Counted from the first letter of the stretch, positions 18,588 to 29,889 are shown. The stretch: 64,000 bases of DNA from an uncultured bacterium (GCA_963777505.1 CAVZQN010000004.1:1376001-1440000); one strand, 5' to 3'. The notes: generated by a model from the letters alone, not told the origin. Translations and numbers: made by a program.

Positions 18588-20384
18588 ATGTCAACAGCGA
18601 CTAAAACAGGATCAGAAACTCCAACTCAAAAACAAAATCTTGTTGAAATGAATTGGGATCCGATTACAAGGATTGTCGGAAGCCTCGGAATCTACACGAA
18701 AATTGATTTTGCGAACAGGCGTGTTGCTGAATGTTATAGCACTTCATCCATTTTTCGTGGATACAGCATTTTCATGAAAGGAAAAGATCCGCGTGATGCG
18801 CATTTTATTACAAGCCGTATTTGTGGGATTTGTGGAGACAATCACGCGACATGTGCAACCTATGCTCAGAATATGGCTTTTGGGTGCCGCCCTCCTGTTC
18901 TTGGTGAATGGATTGTAAATCTTGGTGAGGCAGCCGAATACATGTTCGATCACAATATTTTTCAAGACAATCTCGTAGGTGTTGATTTCTGCGAACAGAT
19001 GGTCAAGGAAACAAACCCGAGTGTTTGGGATAAAGCTCAAAAAACGGAAGCACCGAACGCCAAATTGCACGGCTATCGAAAAATTTCTGACATTATGACG
19101 GCGCTCAACCCATTTACTGGCGAATTCTATCGCGAAACTCTTCATGTAAGCCGGTACACGCGCGAGATGTTCTGTCTCATGGAAGGAAGACATGTTCACC
19201 CTTCAACACTTTATCCGGGTGGAGTGGGAACAACACCTACGATTCAGTTGTTTACTGATTATCTAGTTCGTTTGATGAAATATTGTGAATTTATGAAGAA
19301 GGTCGTACCTCTTCATGATGATCTTTTTAATTTCTTCTACGAGGCGTTGCCCGGTTATGAAGAAGTAGGACGCCGACGCGTACTTCTTGGATGTTGGGGA
19401 TCTTTCAACAATCCTAATGTGTGCGATTACACATACAAGAACATGTCCAATTGGGGACGTGGAATGTACGTGACGCCTGGTGTTGTTGTTGACGGCGAAC
19501 TTGTAACAACAGATCTGGTCGATATCAATCTGAACATTCGGATTCTACTTGGCAGTTCGTTCTACGATGGATGGGAAAATGCTGAAAAGTTTGTTAAGAC
19601 TGATCCATTGGGTAATCCTGTAGATCAAAACCATCCATGGAATCAAACCACAGTTCCGCGTCCACAAAAACGGGACTTCAATGGCAAATACACTTGGGTC
19701 ATGTCGCCCCGTTGGCTTGATCAACGCACAGGCGATCATCTTGCTCTTGATACCGGTGGTGGACCCATTGCGCGCTTCTGGGCAACTGCCAAAGCTGGAT
19801 TGGTAGACATCGGATATCTCAAAGCAACGGGAAATAGTGTAAAAATTTATCTTCCAAAAACTGCGACACTTCCTGAAGTTGAATTCGAATGGAAAATTCC
19901 AAAGTGGAGTAATGCGATTGAACGTGATCGCGCAAGAACATACTTCCAGGCTTATTCAGCAGCAGCAGCACTCTATTTTGTTGAACAAGCTCTTGCCGAA
20001 TTGCATGCAGGCAGAACAAAAACCTGGTCGGAGTTTACAGTTCCTGAGGATGCCATCGGTTGTGGATTCCATGAAGCAGTTCGTGGCGTTCTTTCACATC
20101 ATGTTGTGATTCGTGATGGTAAAATCGCGAACTATCATCCGTATCCACCGACACCATGGAATGCAAATCCGCGTGATATTTATGGAACTCCCGGACCATA
20201 CGAAGATGCGGTACAAAATACTCCAATCTTTGAAGAAAATGGTCCCGACAAATTCAAAGGCATTGACATTATGCGAGCCGTAAGAAGCTTTGATCCGTGT
20301 CTGCCTTGCGGTGTCCATATGTATCTCGGAAATGGAAAAGAAATTCAAGTTCGGCATTCTCCAACATTTGGACCGCGGCTTTAA
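18588..20384 (+). CDS. hhyL: Group 1h (group 5) [NiFe]-hydrogenase large subunit
   Basis: L1 TSRICGICGDNH and L2 RSFDPCLPCGVH followed by a C-terminal extension. Confidence 0.97.
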   Translation: MSTATKTGSETPTQKQNLVEMNWDPITRIVGSLGIYTKIDFANRRVAECYSTSSIFRGYSIFMKGKDPRDAHFITSRICGICGDNHATCATYAQNMAFGCRPPVLGEWIVNLGEAAEYMFDHNIFQDNLVGVDFCEQMVKETNPSVWDKAQKTEAPNAKLHGYRKISDIMTALNPFTGEFYRETLHVSRYTREMFCLMEGRHVHPSTLYPGGVGTTPTIQLFTDYLVRLMKYCEFMKKVVPLHDDLFNFFYEALPGYEEVGRRRVLLGCWGSFNNPNVCDYTYKNMSNWGRGMYVTPGVVVDGELVTTDLVDINLNIRILLGSSFYDGWENAEKFVKTDPLGNPVDQNHPWNQTTVPRPQKRDFNGKYTWVMSPRWLDQRTGDHLALDTGGGPIARFWATAKAGLVDIGYLKATGNSVKIYLPKTATLPEVEFEWKIPKWSNAIERDRARTYFQAYSAAAALYFVEQALAELHAGRTKTWSEFTVPEDAIGCGFHEAVRGVLSHHVVIRDGKIANYHPYPPTPWNANPRDIYGTPGPYEDAVQNTPIFEENGPDKFKGIDIMRAVRSFDPCLPCGVHMYLGNGKEIQVRHSPTFGPRL

Positions 20385-20398
20385 GGCGCTGATTTCAT

Positions 20399-21268
20399 AT
20401 GCCGGATGATCGAAAACTTCCGCAGCGGATACAGCAAATCGAAGGGCTGATCTCTAAAATAGAAAGTTACGCCGACCCGGATATTCGAGCCACTGCCAGG
20501 GAACTGGTTCAGTTGCTCATGGAAGCTCATGGTGCCGGATTAGAACGCATCATGGAAATTTTATGGCAATCTGAAAACGGGGAGACACTCACCGATCAGA
20601 TTGGCCGGGATGTCATGATCGGCCCTCTCCTTTTGCTTTACGGACTCCATCCTGTTGATTTGAAAACAAGGGTGCTGAATGCACTCGATAAAGTGCGTCC
20701 CTATCTTCAATCACACGGTGGGAATGTTGATCTCATTGATATTTCCAACACCGGAGATGTACGTCTTCGATTGCAAGGTAGCTGCAATGGATGTCCGTCC
20801 TCCGCAATGACACTGAAACTTGCGATTGAAGAAGCAATTGATGAGTATGCTCCCGATGTGAATAGTTTGAGTGTGGAAGGAGTCGTGGAATCGAAGCTAT
20901 CTTCCGGCTTTGTGCCAATTCAAAAGTTGAAGATGGAAAACGAACCGCAGGGAGGGTGGAAGGAAGTAAGCGGGCTGGATGCAATCACTCAAGGAATGGT
21001 GAAAACGCTGGAAGTCAGCGGCCAGCCTGTCTTGTTTTGCCGGATTGAAGAGTCGTACTATGCATATAGTACTACATGTCCGGATTGCACAAGCACTCTG
21101 CGAGGCGCGATCCTTGCAGAACCGTCAGCCCTTACCTGTCCGGCATGTGGACAAAAGTATGACGTACTCAGAGCGGGAAGAGGCCTTGATAAACCAGCGC
21201 TACATTTAGAGCCCTTTCCATTATTAATGGAGCATGGCCGCACTAAAATTGCGCTGCCGGCGTCATAA
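20399..21268 (+). CDS. hhyE: NifU/NfuA-like Fe-S protein with C-terminal Rieske-like domain (HhyE-like)
   Basis: VRPYLQSHGGNV..GSCNGCPSS NifU motif; C-terminal CPDC..CPACG. Confidence 0.85.
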   Translation: MPDDRKLPQRIQQIEGLISKIESYADPDIRATARELVQLLMEAHGAGLERIMEILWQSENGETLTDQIGRDVMIGPLLLLYGLHPVDLKTRVLNALDKVRPYLQSHGGNVDLIDISNTGDVRLRLQGSCNGCPSSAMTLKLAIEEAIDEYAPDVNSLSVEGVVESKLSSGFVPIQKLKMENEPQGGWKEVSGLDAITQGMVKTLEVSGQPVLFCRIEESYYAYSTTCPDCTSTLRGAILAEPSALTCPACGQKYDVLRAGRGLDKPALHLEPFPLLMEHGRTKIALPAS

Positions 21269-21291
21269 AATTCCGGATTTCTGGTGGTTAA

Positions 21292-21936
21292 ATGAAACAA
21301 GGATTTGGAGTTCTCCGCCAATTCATAAAGGAAAAAGAACCCCAGGAGCAATGTGATCTTTGCAGCCTCGGGCTCCCCTCACAGCATCAACATCTGATCG
21401 AGCCATCATCGCGGAAAATTGTTTGCTCTTGCGATGCTTGCTCAATTCTTTTCAGCGACCAACAAGGGTCCAAATTCAGACGGATCCCCCGCGATAGCAG
21501 GATCCTCACTGACTTTCATTTAACCAACGAACAATGGGACGAGCTCCTGATTCCGATCAGCATGGCCTTTTTCTTCTTCAGCTCAATGCACAACAAATTC
21601 ATTGTTCTCTATCCAAGTCCAGCGGGAGCAACTGAATCTTTGCTTCGTTTGGATTCATGGAACGATGTTATTCAACAGAATCCGGTTCTTCAGAAAATGA
21701 ATCCGGATGTGGAAGCATTGCTTGTAAACCGGATGCCAAAAGAACCGGAATATTTTATTACACCGATCGATCAATGCTTTAAGTTGGTTGGCTTAATCCG
21801 CTCGAAATGGAAAGGTCTTTCAGGCGGCACTGATGTATGGAAGGAAATTTATCAATTTTTTGAAACGCTAAAACAAAACAGTCTTGTTCTCAACAGCGGT
21901 GACACAGCACTGAGATCAATAATAAATAATGCCTGA
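21292..21936 (+). CDS. Conserved group 1h hydrogenase-associated protein (HhaA/DUF5947-like)
   Basis: EQCDLC..H.H..CSCDAC, YPSPAGATES, PIDQCFKLVG and WKGLSGG; position after the NifU-like gene. Confidence 0.8.
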   Translation: MKQGFGVLRQFIKEKEPQEQCDLCSLGLPSQHQHLIEPSSRKIVCSCDACSILFSDQQGSKFRRIPRDSRILTDFHLTNEQWDELLIPISMAFFFFSSMHNKFIVLYPSPAGATESLLRLDSWNDVIQQNPVLQKMNPDVEALLVNRMPKEPEYFITPIDQCFKLVGLIRSKWKGLSGGTDVWKEIYQFFETLKQNSLVLNSGDTALRSIINNA

Positions 21937-23818
21937 TCTGAATTTTGATGTAGAAGGAGCTGAACCTGTTGCGTATGCTGCGTCTCCGTTGATTGCATTC
22001 AAGCTCAGGATCACTGCCGATAATGAGAACGTTACCATTCATTCGGTAATGCTGCGATGTCAGATCATGATCGAATCAACGAAGCGTCATTATGATCCGT
22101 TAGAACAGAAGCAGATGTATGAGATTTTTGGAGAACCAGAGCGCTGGAGTCAAACACTCAGAACCATGCTCTGGACTCACGCGAGTGTGGGCATCCCGCG
22201 ATTTATCGGCAGCACAGTGATCGATCTTCCAGTGATATGTACTTTCGATTTTAACGTTGCAGCAACCAAGTATTTTTATGGGCTTGAAGGCGGTGAAGTA
22301 CCGTTATCGTTTTTATTCAGTGGTTCCATTTTTTATGAAGATGAAAATGCTGCGATGCAGGTCACACAAATTTCGTGGGAAAAGGAGTCTCGTTATCGCC
22401 TTCCAGTCGATGTGTGGAAGAAGATGATGGAGCACTATTATCCAAACTCAGTATGGCTTTGTCTCAGAAAGGATATATTTCAACGCCTTTATGAACACAA
22501 AATGGAACATGGATTTGCAACATGGGAACAAGTTCTTGAAAATGTTCTTCCGGTGAAAACCGTCATGAATCTTGAATTAGTGGAAAAGATCGCAAATGCG
22601 ATTTTATATGAAGGTTATCTTCTGTATCCATACCGTGCCTCGGCTGTAAAGAACCGGCATCGATGGACTTTCGGTGCACTTTATCCGCCTTCTTACAGCA
22701 AGCTTCAAAGCGAAAACGATCCCTCTTCAATGCAAACAGAATGTATTTTGAAAGGGACGGCCAATGCTTCATTTAATGTACGGCTTCGGTTTCTGCAACT
22801 TGTTTCGCGTGAAACTGGCAATCAATCCTGGCAAGAAGCTAAAGAACAAACTTTTGAAATTCCTGAAACGAAGCTGTCTTCTTTGAATTCTAACGTCACA
22901 AGATTTCCTTTCCGTTTCGAATCGATGCAAAAACAAGAAGGGTCAGCAGTCTTGCGCTGCGAAGAGGTTCAAGGCGTAGTTGAAATTAGCGCAGAGCAGC
23001 TTGCCGATCAAGCATACAAGTTAACGGTTTGTGTTTTGAATGAGACAAATTTTGAAAATGCTGAATCGCAGGGCCGTGATGAAGCTCTAATGCATTCCCT
23101 TGTTTCAACTCATTGCATTCTCAGTGTTCGAGATGGTGAATTTATTTCGTTGCTTGATCCACCGGTAGAATTTCTAGCTTTCGCAAAATCGTGTCATAAC
23201 ATTCGAAACTGGCCTGTTCTTGCAGGAAATGAGGGAGAGCGAAGTATGATGATCGCCTCGCCCATTATTCTGTACGACTATCCACAAATTGCAGAAGAGA
23301 GCGCCGGTGATCTGTTTGATTCAACAGAGATCGATGAAATTTTAAGTCTGCGGATTCTGACTTTAACAGATCAAGAAAAGGCAGAAATGCGGCGGGTTGA
23401 CGAACGTGCACGCAAACTATTGGAAAGGACAGAATCGATTCCACCAGAACAGTTTATGAAAATGCATGGAGCGGTTCGCGGTCTCAAACGAGTAATCCGG
23501 GATCCGGATCCAAAGGAGGAGCCTGTGGATGCTAACTGGAATCCTTATGAAAGCAAACCGCCGGTTGAGAAGGTTCAAGTGTTAGGGATTGATGTTAAAA
23601 AGGGAAGTCGTGTGAAGTTGTGGCCTGTAAAAACTGCCGACATTATGGATCTTGCACTTTCTGGACGCACTGCAATCGTTGAAGCGATCGAAGAAGACTA
23701 TGACGGTGTCGTACATCTAGCAGTTATTGTTGAAGATGATCCCGGCAAAGATATGGGTGAATTAAGACAACCCGGACACCGATTCTTTTTTACACCTGAA
23801 GAAGTGGAACCATTATGA
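21929..23818 (+). CDS. Group 1h hydrogenase-associated proteins (DUF6084-like plus the following conserved protein), apparently fused; probably two genes with a second start at ATG 22565
   Basis: N-part FGEPERW..LWTH..CTFDFNVAATKYF; C-part ANAILYEGYLLYPY..SPIILYDYPQIA..FDSTEIDEIL..GHRFFF. Confidence 0.75.
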   Translation: MPDLNFDVEGAEPVAYAASPLIAFKLRITADNENVTIHSVMLRCQIMIESTKRHYDPLEQKQMYEIFGEPERWSQTLRTMLWTHASVGIPRFIGSTVIDLPVICTFDFNVAATKYFYGLEGGEVPLSFLFSGSIFYEDENAAMQVTQISWEKESRYRLPVDVWKKMMEHYYPNSVWLCLRKDIFQRLYEHKMEHGFATWEQVLENVLPVKTVMNLELVEKIANAILYEGYLLYPYRASAVKNRHRWTFGALYPPSYSKLQSENDPSSMQTECILKGTANASFNVRLRFLQLVSRETGNQSWQEAKEQTFEIPETKLSSLNSNVTRFPFRFESMQKQEGSAVLRCEEVQGVVEISAEQLADQAYKLTVCVLNETNFENAESQGRDEALMHSLVSTHCILSVRDGEFISLLDPPVEFLAFAKSCHNIRNWPVLAGNEGERSMMIASPIILYDYPQIAEESAGDLFDSTEIDEILSLRILTLTDQEKAEMRRVDERARKLLERTESIPPEQFMKMHGAVRGLKRVIRDPDPKEEPVDANWNPYESKPPVEKVQVLGIDVKKGSRVKLWPVKTADIMDLALSGRTAIVEAIEEDYDGVVHLAVIVEDDPGKDMGELRQPGHRFFFTPEEVEPL

Positions 23819-24312
23819 CCAACATATTGATCGCTGGAATTGGAAACATCTTTTTTGGTGATGACGCTTTTGGATGTGAAGTCGTCAAAAAGCTATATCA
23901 ACGGAAGATGCCTGAGAATGTTCGAGTTGTGGACTTCGGTATTCGTGGCTTCGATCTGGCGTATGCCTTGATGGATGATAAAAATGATTTTTCAATTCTC
24001 GTTGATGCATTGCCGCGCGGTGGAAAGCCAGGCACTCTTTACACGATTGAACCTGAAGTTGAATTGACTTCGCCGGAGGATGCCAATGTAGAGACGCATG
24101 GAATGAATCCTATGAAGGTATTTCAGCTAATTCACGCTATGGGAGGACAAGTGAAACGCGTTTTGATTGTTGGTTGCGAACCCCAAACGCTTGGACCCGA
24201 AGAAGGACTCATGGGGTTAAGTGAGCCAGTTGAGTCCGCAGTTGACGAAGCAGTTGAGCTCATTGAATCACTTGTCGAATCGATCTCAAAAGAGAAACAG
24301 TTACTAACGTAA
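23815..24312 (+). CDS. Hydrogenase maturation endopeptidase (HybD/HupD family)
   Basis: AGIGNIFFGDDAFG, ILVDA, THGM and VGCEP motifs. Confidence 0.92.
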   Translation: MTNILIAGIGNIFFGDDAFGCEVVKKLYQRKMPENVRVVDFGIRGFDLAYALMDDKNDFSILVDALPRGGKPGTLYTIEPEVELTSPEDANVETHGMNPMKVFQLIHAMGGQVKRVLIVGCEPQTLGPEEGLMGLSEPVESAVDEAVELIESLVESISKEKQLLT

Positions 24313-24339
24313 TCGTAATAATCCAAAAGGAGGAACAAC

Positions 24340-24591
24340 ATGGAAGGGAACGGATTTGGAAAAAGCTTACTGGACAACAAAGAATTTTTTGAAGCAGCTG
24401 CCGGGGTTGCAATGATTGTTGCAGGTGCAAGTATTCTGCTTGCGAATCCACAAACTCGGGAATATGTAAAAGATGGTTTAAGGGCAGTGTTTCCAAATAT
24501 GGATATCGACAAACTTGAGGATCCGCTCGCAATGGGACTTTCAACTGTGATGCCAGATTTAGAAAGGTACTTAAAACTCAGGTCGATGTAA
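24340..24591 (+). CDS. Small hydrogenase-cluster protein with one hydrophobic helix
   Basis: AGGAGG RBS; C-terminal PDLERYLKLRSM motif, which I recall from small proteins in group 1h clusters. Confidence 0.7.
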   Translation: MEGNGFGKSLLDNKEFFEAAAGVAMIVAGASILLANPQTREYVKDGLRAVFPNMDIDKLEDPLAMGLSTVMPDLERYLKLRSM

Positions 24592-24592
24592 G

Positions 24593-25012
24593 ATGCACGA
24601 ATTAGCGCTCGCTGAAGGAATTTTAGGTGTCGCTCAAGATGCTGCTGGTGGCGAAAACATCACATCGATTCGAGTTCGAGTGGGCCGTTTGCAACACGTT
24701 ACACAAGATAGTCTTCGGTTCGCGTTCGAATTGGTAGCTCGTGATACGAACGCGGAAACAGCAACGATTGAAGTAGATCAAGTACCGATCAAATATCGTT
24801 GCAAACGATGTTCAAATGAAGGCGAAATTGAACTTCCGAATTTTAACTGCCTTTCCTGCTCTTCAAGTGAAGTGGAGATTTTATCGGGCGAGGAAATTCT
24901 TGTAGATTCTGTTGAATTACACAATGGGCAGGTAATTCGAAGGTGTGACGCGAATCTTCAGGATCTGCTCGATACGCATATCAAGGAACATCATGGAAAC
25001 GACAATCATTAA
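24593..25012 (+). CDS. hypA: Hydrogenase nickel metallochaperone HypA
   Basis: N-terminal MHEL; CKRC and CLSC zinc site; His-rich C-terminal extension. Confidence 0.93.
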   Translation: MHELALAEGILGVAQDAAGGENITSIRVRVGRLQHVTQDSLRFAFELVARDTNAETATIEVDQVPIKYRCKRCSNEGEIELPNFNCLSCSSSEVEILSGEEILVDSVELHNGQVIRRCDANLQDLLDTHIKEHHGNDNH

Positions 25013-25554
25013 TGGAAAAATTAATTCTGCTCGCAGCAGAATTACAGTCAAGGCATTTGCCTCCGGTTTGTTATCATCTTTTGGACACGATCCAACCTTT
25101 TCCATCAGAAACCCAACCGGTGAACTTAGCTTTTGTGCCAGATGATCCTAAAAGCGCAAAACTGAAAGTGATGATTCGCGCTGATTCGATTGAAGTGACC
25201 GGGGACATTAGTAGTAAAGATCGAAAGGAGATCGAAAAAACAATGCGTGAGGATGTTTTAGAAATCGATCGATTCCCTGAAATCACTTTTGAAAGCACAA
25301 GCATCGAAGGGGAAAAGATTTTTGAAAATCAGTATCGTGTTCAAATTCAAGGAAATTTTACTTTGCATGGAGAAACTCGGCTCGAGACAATTGAAGCTCA
25401 GGTTACTGTAAATGGTGATCAGGTCCGCGCATATGGTGACTTTCCGCTACGCCAAACGAATTACGACATCAAGCTCGTTTCTGTCGCTGGAGGCACACTA
25501 AAACTGAAGGATGAGCTGAGAGTATCTTTCGATATTACAGTACAGCCGCAGTAA
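24993..25554 (+). CDS. YceI-family lipid/polyisoprenoid-binding protein, interrupted by a +1 frameshift at tttt 25131-25134
   Basis: Removing one T joins METTIINGKINSARSRITVKAFASGLLSSFGHDPT..GELSF to VPDDPKSAK..FPEITFES..GNFTLHG; AAGGA RBS before ATG 24993. Confidence 0.8.
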
Positions 25555-25590
25555 CGCACGCTTACGGAGGTTGTCTCCAGAGATTTAAGT

Positions 25591-27862
25591 ATGATTCAAA
25601 GAATGCATATTCACGTTCAAGGAATGGTGCAAGGAGTCGGTTTCAGACCATTCGTATACAAACTTGCCAGGGAGCACGAGCTAACCGGCCATGTCTCTAA
25701 CAATACTCGTGGTGTGCATATAGAAGTCGAAGGAGAAGGAACCGCGATAGAAAATTTTTTGGGCGCTCTGAAAAGCCAGTCACCCCCGCTCGCTCATATA
25801 GAATCGATTCAATCAGACAACAATTTAAGTCCGATCGGATTTGAGCATTTTCAAATTGTTGAGAGTTCAAATCTCGAAGAAAGACTTGTGCGGATCTCCC
25901 CCGATGTAGGCACCTGCTTGGATTGTTTGGATGAGATTTTTGATCCAAACAGCAGGCGATATCGATATCCATTCACAAATTGCACAAATTGTGGACCCAG
26001 ATTTACGATCATTCAAGATGTTCCTTATGATCGGAAAATGACTACGATGAAATTGTTTCGTATGTGCGTTGATTGTGACCGTGAATATCACGATCCTGAA
26101 AATCGGCGTTTTCATGCTCAGCCGAACGCCTGCCCGAAATGTGGCCCGCAACTCAGATTTGTAGATCAGAGTGGAAACGTATTACACGCGGATGATGCAT
26201 TCAATGAAACGATACGTAGAATTCGAAACGGAAATATCGTTGCAATAAAAGGTATTGGAGGATATCACCTCTGCTGCGACGCGATGAATAACAATGCAGT
26301 GTCAATGTTTAAGAGCCCGAAAATTTCGCGAAGAGAAACCATTTGCATTGATGGCCGCGGATAATGAAGCGATCAGGAAATTTTGTTCAGTAAATGTTGA
26401 AGAAGAGGCGCTGCTAACTTCATATAGACGTCCGATAGTAATTTTAAGAAAGAAAGACGGATGCAACATTCCCGAAAGTGTTGCACCTAAGATTCATTCC
26501 CTCGGTTTCATGCTTCCTTACTCTCCGCTGCATCATTTGTTAATGGCTGAATTCAATAGTCCATTGGTGATGACGAGCGGCAATATTTCGGACGAACCGA
26601 TCACATATGATGATTGTGTTGCCATCGAAAGACTGGCGAAGATTGCTGATTGTTTTCTGACTCATAATCGAGAAATACACGTCCGCTGTGACGACTCTGT
26701 TGTCCGAGTTTCATCTGGTAAGCCATGCGTTATCCGCCGGTCTCGTGGTTATGCGCCTGATCCGGTGACACTTCCTTTTTCTATGTCGCTTCCAATACTC
26801 GCTTGTGGTGCTGAACTGAAAAACACGTTTTGCCTAGCAAAGCAGAATTATGCTTTTGTCAGTCATCACATTGGTGATCTGGAAAATTTCGAAACACTGA
26901 GATCATTTCAAGAAGGGATAGAGCACTTCAAAAAGCTATTCGATATCGAGCCCGAAGTGGTTGCCTATGACTTACATCCCGAATATCTATCAACGAAGTA
27001 TGCGCTCGAACTCCCCATTCCTTTGAAGATTGGTATTCAACATCATCATGCTCATGTTGCAAGCTGTATGGCGGACAACGGAATTACTGGCGATGTTATC
27101 GGCGTTGCAATGGATGGCCTCGGGTTTGGGTTGGATGGAAAATTCTGGGGTTGCGAATTCATGATTGCAAGCCTGGAGACCTTTCAGCGAGTCGCACATC
27201 TTCAATACTTGCCAATGCCGGGCGGTTCAAAAGCCATCCGTGAACCCTGGCGAATGGCTGCGACATATCTGCAACATGCATATGGGAAAGATTTCGTGAA
27301 TCTGGATTTGGACTTTTCAAAACGATTGGATTTTCAAATCTGGAAAGTGCTTGAAAAACTGCAGACACCTTTGACTTCTAGCATGGGACGTTGCTTCGAT
27401 GCTGTTTCAAGCTTGTTAGGAATCAGGGATTCCATCAATTATGAAGGGGAAGCTGCCATTGAACTTGAAATGATTGCGGATGAAAAAGAAGCAAATCGTT
27501 ATGAATTTGATATATCAGACGACAACACCACAATTGAAATAACTCCGGTAATTGTTGGCATCGTAAATGACATCCACGCCGGGATTTTGCCTTCACAGAT
27601 TTCAGCGCGTTTTCATAATGCAGTAGCAAACTTGATTGTCCGGATGGTTCTCAGAATCAGGGACAAGAATCAGTTGAACAGAGTTGCACTGAGTGGAGGT
27701 GTTTTTCAAAATACACTTCTGCTGAAAAAGACAATTGCGCTGCTGAAAGACGAACTCTTTCAAGTTTTTTTTCATCATCGTGTTCCTGCAAATGATGGCG
27801 GAATTTCACTGGGGCAAGCTGTTATCGCCGATGCGAGAATCAAGGCAGGACTTTCTATATAA
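25591..27862 (+). CDS. hypF: Carbamoyltransferase HypF, interrupted by a +1 frameshift near 26308-26312
   Basis: GMVQGVGFRPF, CTNCGPRFT and KGIGGYHL in the first ORF; HHIGDL, DLHPEY, QHHHAH and NDGGISLGQ in the second. One deletion restores AVSMLRARKFREEKPFALM. Confidence 0.95.
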
Positions 27863-27873
27863 GGAGGAAACCT

Positions 27874-28161
27874 ATGTGTTTAGCGATTCCAGGAAAAGTA
27901 ATTGAGATGCATGAATCGGAAGGAATTCTTTTGGGAAAAGTTGAGTTTGGAGGAATCGTTAAACAAGTTTGTTTGCAATATACTCCTGACGTTAAGACTG
28001 GCGAATGGGTCATTGTTCATGTTGGGTTTTCATTAAGCAAAATGGATGAAGAGGAAGCCGCTCGTACTTACAAATTGTTAGAAGAATTAAATCAGCTTTC
28101 TGAATTAGATATACCTGATATCGATTCCTCAGAAATTGCAAATATGAAGAGGGATGTATGA
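27874..28161 (+). CDS. hypC: Hydrogenase maturation chaperone HypC
   Basis: MCLAIPG start; [10 protein letters not shown]. Confidence 0.96.
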   Translation: MCLAIPGKVIEMHESEGILLGKVEFGGIVKQVCLQYTPDVKTGEWVIVHVGFSLSKMDEEEAARTYKLLEELNQLSELDIPDIDSSEIANMKRDV

Positions 28162-29267
28162 AGTATCTGGATGAATATCGTAGTGAGGAGATTGCACAAA
28201 AAATAGTAAACGAACTTCATCGCATTGTAACTCGCCCATGGGTAATTATGGAAGTTTGCGGAGGTCAGACGCATACGATAGTGAAGTATGGATTGGACTA
28301 CCTTCTGCCTTCTGAAATTGAACTTGTGCATGGTCCTGGATGTCCGGTCTGTGTAACGTCGCTTGAAATGATTGATAAGGCGCTAGCGATCGCTCAACAA
28401 CCGAACGTAATATTTTGTTCCTTTGGCGATATGCTTCGAGTGCCAGGATCGAAAGTTGATCTATTGATCTGCAAATCACGTGGCGCGGATGTTCGAATCG
28501 TTTATTCACCGATGGATTGTTTGAAAATTGCAAAAGCGAACCCTGATAAGAAAGTTGTATTTTTTGCAATTGGATTTGAAACAACAGCTCCTGCAAATGC
28601 TATGGCAGTCTGGCATGCGAAAAATGCAGGGATTACAAATTTTTCAATTCTGGTTTCGCATGTATTGGTCCCGCCATCGATGACTGCGATTTTACAGTCG
28701 CCGATGAATCGGGTTCAGGGATTTCTGGGTCCAGGCCATGTTTGTGCTGTTATGGGATACAAAGAATATGAGCCTGTGTCTGCTCGTTATGAAGTGCCGA
28801 TTGTCATTACAGGTTTTGAACCTGTTGATCTCTTGCAAGGCACGTTGATGGTTGTGCAGCAGCTAGAATCAGGTAGATTTGAAGTTGAGAACCAGTATTC
28901 GCGCGTCATTACGCGCGAAGGAAATCGCCCTGCGCAAGATCTCGTGAACAAAGTGTTTGAAGTATGTGACCGTAAGTGGCGTGGAGTAGGTACAATTCCC
29001 AAAAGTGGTTATAAGTTGCAGTATGAATTCCGTGATCATGATGCTGAACGATTGTTTGAGGTAGAAGAAATCGATACTCAAGAATCTTCTCTTTGTATAA
29101 GCGGTCTTGTTTTAAAAGGCGTTAAGAAACCGCATGATTGTCCCGCTTTTGGAAAGGAATGCAACCCGGATCATCCTCTTGGCGCGACAATGGTATCTGC
29201 TGAAGGCGCTTGCGCGGCTTATTATACATACGGACGTCATCTTCAAAATGAAGAGGTTCACCCTTAA
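28158..29267 (+). CDS. hypD: Hydrogenase maturation protein HypD
   Basis: [31 protein letters not shown] and [12 protein letters not shown]. Confidence 0.97.
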   Translation: MKYLDEYRSEEIAQKIVNELHRIVTRPWVIMEVCGGQTHTIVKYGLDYLLPSEIELVHGPGCPVCVTSLEMIDKALAIAQQPNVIFCSFGDMLRVPGSKVDLLICKSRGADVRIVYSPMDCLKIAKANPDKKVVFFAIGFETTAPANAMAVWHAKNAGITNFSILVSHVLVPPSMTAILQSPMNRVQGFLGPGHVCAVMGYKEYEPVSARYEVPIVITGFEPVDLLQGTLMVVQQLESGRFEVENQYSRVITREGNRPAQDLVNKVFEVCDRKWRGVGTIPKSGYKLQYEFRDHDAERLFEVEEIDTQESSLCISGLVLKGVKKPHDCPAFGKECNPDHPLGATMVSAEGACAAYYTYGRHLQNEEVHP

Positions 29268-29872
29268 TGAATCGTACCGTTTCTGAAAGCACTCGCGAAA
29301 AAATAATGCGCAAGTGCCATGAAAGCATGGAAATGAAGGAGAAATTCTTCAGCCTCTACGCAGATCAAATTGACGTTCTTACTATGGAAATGGCGAAGAG
29401 GTTTTCTGAAGGTAAGAAGCTGCTTGTAATGGGAAACGGCGGCAGCGCTTGTGATGCTCTGCATGTCGCAGTTGAATTTGTGCATCCAATCATTGAAAAA
29501 AGAAAAGCGCTTCCTGCAATTGCGCTAATGACGGATATTGCTACGATAACGGCGATCAGCAATGATCTCGACTTTTCTAAAGTCTTTGTAAATCAAATTA
29601 AACTTATGGGACAGCCTGGAGATATGGCACTTGCCATCAGTACAAGCGGCAAATCACCAAATTTGATTTATGCATTACAAGCCGCGCGAGAAAAAGGAAT
29701 GCTCACGATTTCATTTTCAGGCAAAGACGGCGGACGTCTACCGGAAGTCTCTGATCATTGTTTTACAGTTCCATCCTTTAGCATTCATCGAATCCAGGAA
29801 GTTCAAGAAACTTTGTTACATATACTCTGGGATCTAGTCCACGTAAGCATGGGTGAGGAAGACGTAATCTAA
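29267..29872 (+). CDS. gmhA: SIS-domain phosphoheptose isomerase-like protein within the hyp genes
   Basis: GNGGSACDA.H, ISTSGKSPN and HRIQEVQ motifs. Confidence 0.88.
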   Translation: MNRTVSESTREKIMRKCHESMEMKEKFFSLYADQIDVLTMEMAKRFSEGKKLLVMGNGGSACDALHVAVEFVHPIIEKRKALPAIALMTDIATITAISNDLDFSKVFVNQIKLMGQPGDMALAISTSGKSPNLIYALQAAREKGMLTISFSGKDGGRLPEVSDHCFTVPSFSIHRIQEVQETLLHILWDLVHVSMGEEDVI

Positions 29873-29889
29873 TCCTCGAAAATAAAAAA

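Noticed and set aside
26294-26364. Programmed ribosomal frameshifting or a naturally split hypF
   Set aside because: No slippery heptamer or RBS for the second half; same signature as five other single-base insertions, so an assembly error is more likely.
29267-29872. LPS heptose biosynthesis locus
   Set aside because: No other heptose genes nearby; gmhA-like genes are a recurring part of group 1h hydrogenase clusters.
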